Virus record (IMG/VR): IMGVR_UViG_2703719318_000005
Reading direction: 5' to 3' (one strand)
DNA: 20,000 nt
From: an uncultured virus (IMG/VR IMGVR_UViG_2703719318_000005)
Taxonomy: Duplodnaviria > Heunggongvirae > Uroviricota > Caudoviricetes
Each line of letters opens with the position of its first letter. The stretch's first letter is position 1. Positions 17,089 to 20,000 of this stretch are shown here, in pieces. Made by a program: the position numbers and the translations under genes. The notes under the pieces were generated by a model. That model had not been told where the DNA came from and ran no database searches. It saw only the letters and a program-made list of their open reading frames with translations.

Positions 17089-18300
17089 GTTGTAATAAAG
17101 CACGTCCTTAACGAAATTGTAATTTGCCGAAAAATAGGGGCTTTCAAACTTAATTGGCTTACTGGTAGTCCCATCCATGCATATAAAGCCTGTTCCAGCA
17201 GTAGAACAATTAAGTTCTAAATCGCTAAATTCGCTACCAAAAATCATAGTATATGCAGTTTTCGACATTTGACCCAAAGCAATTCTAAGACCTAATTGAT
17301 CTCTTATATCGGTACTTATAATATCCGAGTCTGGTCTTTGAGTAGTTAAAACCATAAATACACCAGCTTGCCTACCTTTAAGTATTATCTCCGATAGATA
17401 GCTATTAACTTCCTTAGATATTTTTTTATCAGTAGAAGCCATAAAAGCAGCCACTTCATCAAAAATTATAATGACAGGGGAGTACCCATAATCTTTATAA
17501 TCTTTACCAAAGCCATACTCTTCCAACTCCTTAAATTCTGTATATCTGGTATTCATTTTTTCTACAGTTTCCCTTAATATTTTAGCAATTTGTCCTGACG
17601 TGCTTACAACATTATCTTTAAATATTTTCTCCAAATAAGATAAGTCAGACATCTTAGGATCTATTATTTTTATATCTGCATTTATAAGTAAGAAGCTTTT
17701 TATAAGGTATGCTAAAAAGTAGGTCTTACCTTTACCAGTAACACCGGCGACAAGAGCATGTGGACACTTCCTAAAGTTCCATTTAAGCTTATTATTTATA
17801 GGGATATAATCCATACTAAGCATATTTATAGTACTTGCATCCAATCGCCTTGTATATGTCCTATCTAACGTATATATCATATATCCTAATTTTTCTTCTT
17901 TGGAAGTACATTCAATAATAAATAAGTCCTCAAGTTGTTTATCTAATTGTGTGTATTTTTCCCTAAATTTACTACCATCAAGACGTATTTTTATAGTTAT
18001 ATAGGTATCATCAAAAGTATAAAAAATAGTTGGTCTATACACAACTTTATCATCTTTAGCAATATAAAAATCATTTGTCTTAACTAATCTATATAGGCTA
18101 TTTTTTATAAGCTTATTTAGGCTGTAAGAGTTAAATAAATAGTATCTATAGCCTAATATACCACCTATAAGTACACTAACATTACATAGCATAATAGAAT
18201 GTGTAAATCCATAAATAATTATTAATATTCCTACAGCTTCAAGAGAATAATTTAAGCTTTTTTCTACATTATTTTCATCTACAAATACATATTTTTTCAT
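17077..18300 (-). CDS. FtsK/SpoIIIE-family ATPase (TcpA/Tn916 Orf21-like coupling protein or DNA translocase)
   Basis: N-terminal hydrophobic helices; PHALVAGVTGKGKT (Walker A), IIDPK, IIFDE (Walker B), GRQAGV, TQRPD and IRDQL; AGGAGG RBS. Confidence 0.9.
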   Translation of the reverse strand: MKKYVFVDENNVEKSLNYSLEAVGILIIIYGFTHSIMLCNVSVLIGGILGYRYYLFNSYSLNKLIKNSLYRLVKTNDFYIAKDDKVVYRPTIFYTFDDTYITIKIRLDGSKFREKYTQLDKQLEDLFIIECTSKEEKLGYMIYTLDRTYTRRLDASTINMLSMDYIPINNKLKWNFRKCPHALVAGVTGKGKTYFLAYLIKSFLLINADIKIIDPKMSDLSYLEKIFKDNVVSTSGQIAKILRETVEKMNTRYTEFKELEEYGFGKDYKDYGYSPVIIIFDEVAAFMASTDKKISKEVNSYLSEIILKGRQAGVFMVLTTQRPDSDIISTDIRDQLGLRIALGQMSKTAYTMIFGSEFSDLELNCSTAGTGFICMDGTTSKPIKFESPYFSANYNFVKDVLYYNTRH

Positions 18301-18347
18301 ATTAAATATCCTCCTTTAAATAGAAAATTTAAGAGAGCATAAGCTCT

Positions 18348-18623
18348 CTATTTTGTTGCGGTTTTTTTAGAAGGGTTAGGAGTAACATCCAATATATCAC
18401 CAAAGCGTAGTCCAAAATTAGATTGCCCTAATACTATTATAACTTTAACTTCATTCTGTAGATTATCTTCAAAAATTTTAGAAATTCCCATGTCCTTAGT
18501 ATTAAATGTTAAAGTTTTTCTGTGTTTATCAATCAATGCAGACATGGTTATGTTGGCACCAAATCCGTTTTTCCCTTGATACGTACTTACATCTTCAACA
18601 TTTCCTAATAATTCAATCGGCAT
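18348..18623 (-). CDS. Small beta-rich protein, putative OB-fold ssDNA-binding/HelP-like
   Basis: ~91 aa; AGGAG RBS favours ATG 18623; alternating beta-strand pattern; position upstream of FtsK-rep matches SSB/processivity-factor genes of rolling-circle elements (inference). Confidence 0.5.
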   Translation of the reverse strand: MPIELLGNVEDVSTYQGKNGFGANITMSALIDKHRKTLTFNTKDMGISKIFEDNLQNEVKVIIVLGQSNFGLRFGDILDVTPNPSKKTATK

Positions 18624-18730
18624 AATATACATCTCCTTTTCTTTTATGATATATATGTATGCTGTATAAAGTAAAAAGTTTCCAGTATTCGCCGTAAAAA
18701 TTCGTAAAAAAGTTATAAAAAAATAAGAGA

Positions 18731-18907
18731 CTATTTATTGAGCCCCTTATCAGCAACCATTTTATCATATAATAATTGTTTTAGATATTTTGCTTTTCCA
18801 ACTATTTTAGATTTTTCATTTAAGTATTTAAAAATCTCTTTATCAATATCATCAACTTTACTAAATGTGATTTCAACTCTTTCATAATTTGTACTTTTAC
18901 CACTCAT
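18731..18907 (-). CDS. 58-aa putative ribbon-helix-helix regulator (not in the ORF track)
   Basis: GGGGTGA RBS; MSGKSTNYERVEITFSKVDDIDKEIFKYLNEKSKIVGKAKYLKQLLYDKMVADKGLNK*; strand RVEITF followed by two helices. Confidence 0.6.
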   Translation of the reverse strand: MSGKSTNYERVEITFSKVDDIDKEIFKYLNEKSKIVGKAKYLKQLLYDKMVADKGLNK

Positions 18908-18998
18908 ACAAATATCACCCCATATTATAGTTTATGTATTATTTCGAGATTAATTGCTTATATCCTCTTATTACTAGCATATAATAAAGATGTAATTA

Positions 18999-19026
18999 TT
19001 GACAAATATTAATAAATTGTTACAAT
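18999..19026 (+). promoter_or_regulatory. Sigma-A promoter for the DUF4352-like gene
   Basis: TTGACA (18999-19004), 16-bp spacer, TACAAT (19021-19026) with extended -10 TG. Confidence 0.7.
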
Positions 19027-19061
19027 TAAAAGGAATTATAAAACAATAGGGGGAAAATTAA

Positions 19062-19673
19062 ATGAATAAGCCAATTAAAATTATTTTAGGATTTGTTGTT
19101 ATAGTAGTAGTACTTTTTTTAGGTATTGCCATAGGAAGTAGTGGGAATAGTAACACCAAAGAAACAGCTACTAAAACTCAAAATAAACCTACTCAAAATA
19201 CAAGCGCTTCAAATAAAGAAGACTCTAATAAAAAGAATTCTAAAACATATAAATTAGGACAAGAAGGGCAAATAAACGATTGGAGTATCAAAGTTTTAGA
19301 TGTTCAAGAAACGAATAAAATAGAAACTGGTGATGACAAACCTATAACTACTCAACAAAAGTTTGTAAAGATTAAAGTACAAATGACTAACAAAGCACAA
19401 TCACCAAAACAATATTCAAGTGGTAATTTTATGTTAGGAAATATGAAAGACAAAAAAACTTACCAATTAAATTCAGATGCTGGCTTAAAATTAAATGAAG
19501 TTGAAACTATAGATAATAACAATAGTGGTTTCTTCTTAATGTATGATGACTTAAATCCTAATACTCCTAAGCAAACATATTTAGTCTTTGAAGTACCAAC
19601 TAGCTTTAATGTGGCTGATGGAGTACTTATTGCTGGAGATAATACAAATACAGCAGGCTATTATTTAAAGTAA
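19062..19673 (+). CDS. Membrane-anchored DUF4352-like surface protein
   Basis: N-terminal TM anchor, K/T/N/S linker, then YKLGQEG...IKVLDV...KFVKIKVQMTN...LNP......YLVFEVP. Confidence 0.75.
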   Translation: MNKPIKIILGFVVIVVVLFLGIAIGSSGNSNTKETATKTQNKPTQNTSASNKEDSNKKNSKTYKLGQEGQINDWSIKVLDVQETNKIETGDDKPITTQQKFVKIKVQMTNKAQSPKQYSSGNFMLGNMKDKKTYQLNSDAGLKLNEVETIDNNNSGFFLMYDDLNPNTPKQTYLVFEVPTSFNVADGVLIAGDNTNTAGYYLK

Positions 19674-19686
19674 AGAGGTCTTGCAT

Positions 19687-19788
19687 ATGTATGAGGTAAC
19701 TTTAATTCTACCTAAGGATAGAACAGAACTAGAAAAAAAGTATTCTCAATTACTTGGAAAAATTATTGCTGACAGATTAAGAGATTAG
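19687..19788 (+). CDS. 33-aa micro-ORF, truncated paralogue of 19860-20000
   Basis: GAGGT RBS; MYEVTLILPKDRTELEKKYSQLLGKIIADRLRD*. Confidence 0.55.
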   Translation: MYEVTLILPKDRTELEKKYSQLLGKIIADRLRD

Positions 19789-19859
19789 AAAGTAAGGAAG
19801 GTAAATAATAAAAAAGGATAGATAAGTTTTATAGCATATAAAGAAACGAGGTATGATTA

Positions 19860-20000
19860 ATGAAAGTTACTGTGATTATGCCCAAAGATACAACAGAATT
19901 AGAATCAAAATATGAACAAGTTCTATCAGATATTATTGTTGATATGTTATCCCATGAAGAGCTAGGCAATCTAATTAAAAGGTTAGAGAAAAAAGAATAG
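19860..20000 (+). CDS. 46-aa micro-ORF
   Basis: GAGGT RBS; MKVTVIMPKDTTELESKYEQVLSDIIVDMLSHEELGNLIKRLEKKE*. Confidence 0.65.
   Translation: MKVTVIMPKDTTELESKYEQVLSDIIVDMLSHEELGNLIKRLEKKE

Larger units (their letters stand above)
15843..18907 (-). mobile_element. Core of an integrated rolling-circle/mobilisable element (regulator-SSB-FtsK-ori-Rep); true ends not determined
   Basis: Four co-oriented genes plus an origin-like site; no integrase within the window. Confidence 0.7.

Noticed and set aside
15842..18313. 13-bp repeat ATTAAATATCCTC at the rep end and the FtsK RBS
   Set aside because: Short, AT-rich and partly explained by the RBS; likely chance.
15575..18907. Filamentous phage (inovirus-like) interpretation of Rep + SSB + ATPase + 50-aa hydrophobic peptide
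   Set aside because: The ATPase looks coupling-protein-like with N-terminal TMs, the peptide is on the opposite strand and lacks an acidic N-terminus, and there is no run of coat genes; not supported, though not formally excluded.
1..20000. CRISPR array, tRNA or rRNA genes
   Set aside because: No regularly spaced repeat-spacer series or recognisable structural RNA gene seen.

Overview
AT-rich, Clostridium-like (inferred) window with three parts. (1) 1-10552: distal end of a siphovirus-type prophage. It holds the tape-measure C-terminus with a lytic transglycosylase domain, Dit, a BppU/collar-like protein, a 1635-aa modular Tal/tail-fibre ending in an S74 autochaperone, a stand-alone paralogue of that chaperone, and a lysis module (XhlA-like holin, signal-peptide GH25 endolysin, membrane-anchored coiled-coil protein). 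(2) ~10670-15750: accessory region. It has a self-contained three-gene operon ending in a PD-(D/E)XK nuclease (candidate anti-phage system), a perfect 13-8-13 palindrome, a secreted peptidoglycan-binding protein with no catalytic domain, a DUF6710-like gene, an XRE regulator and a repeat-flanked 50-aa membrane peptide. (3) ~15843-20000: an integrated rolling-circle/mobilisable element. It carries a small RHH-like gene, an SSB/HelP-like gene, an FtsK/TcpA-like ATPase, a candidate nick site with a 20-bp hairpin and a Rep_1 HUH initiator, followed by a DUF4352-like surface protein and two paralogous micro-ORFs. All family calls come from motif recognition by eye; no database searches were run.
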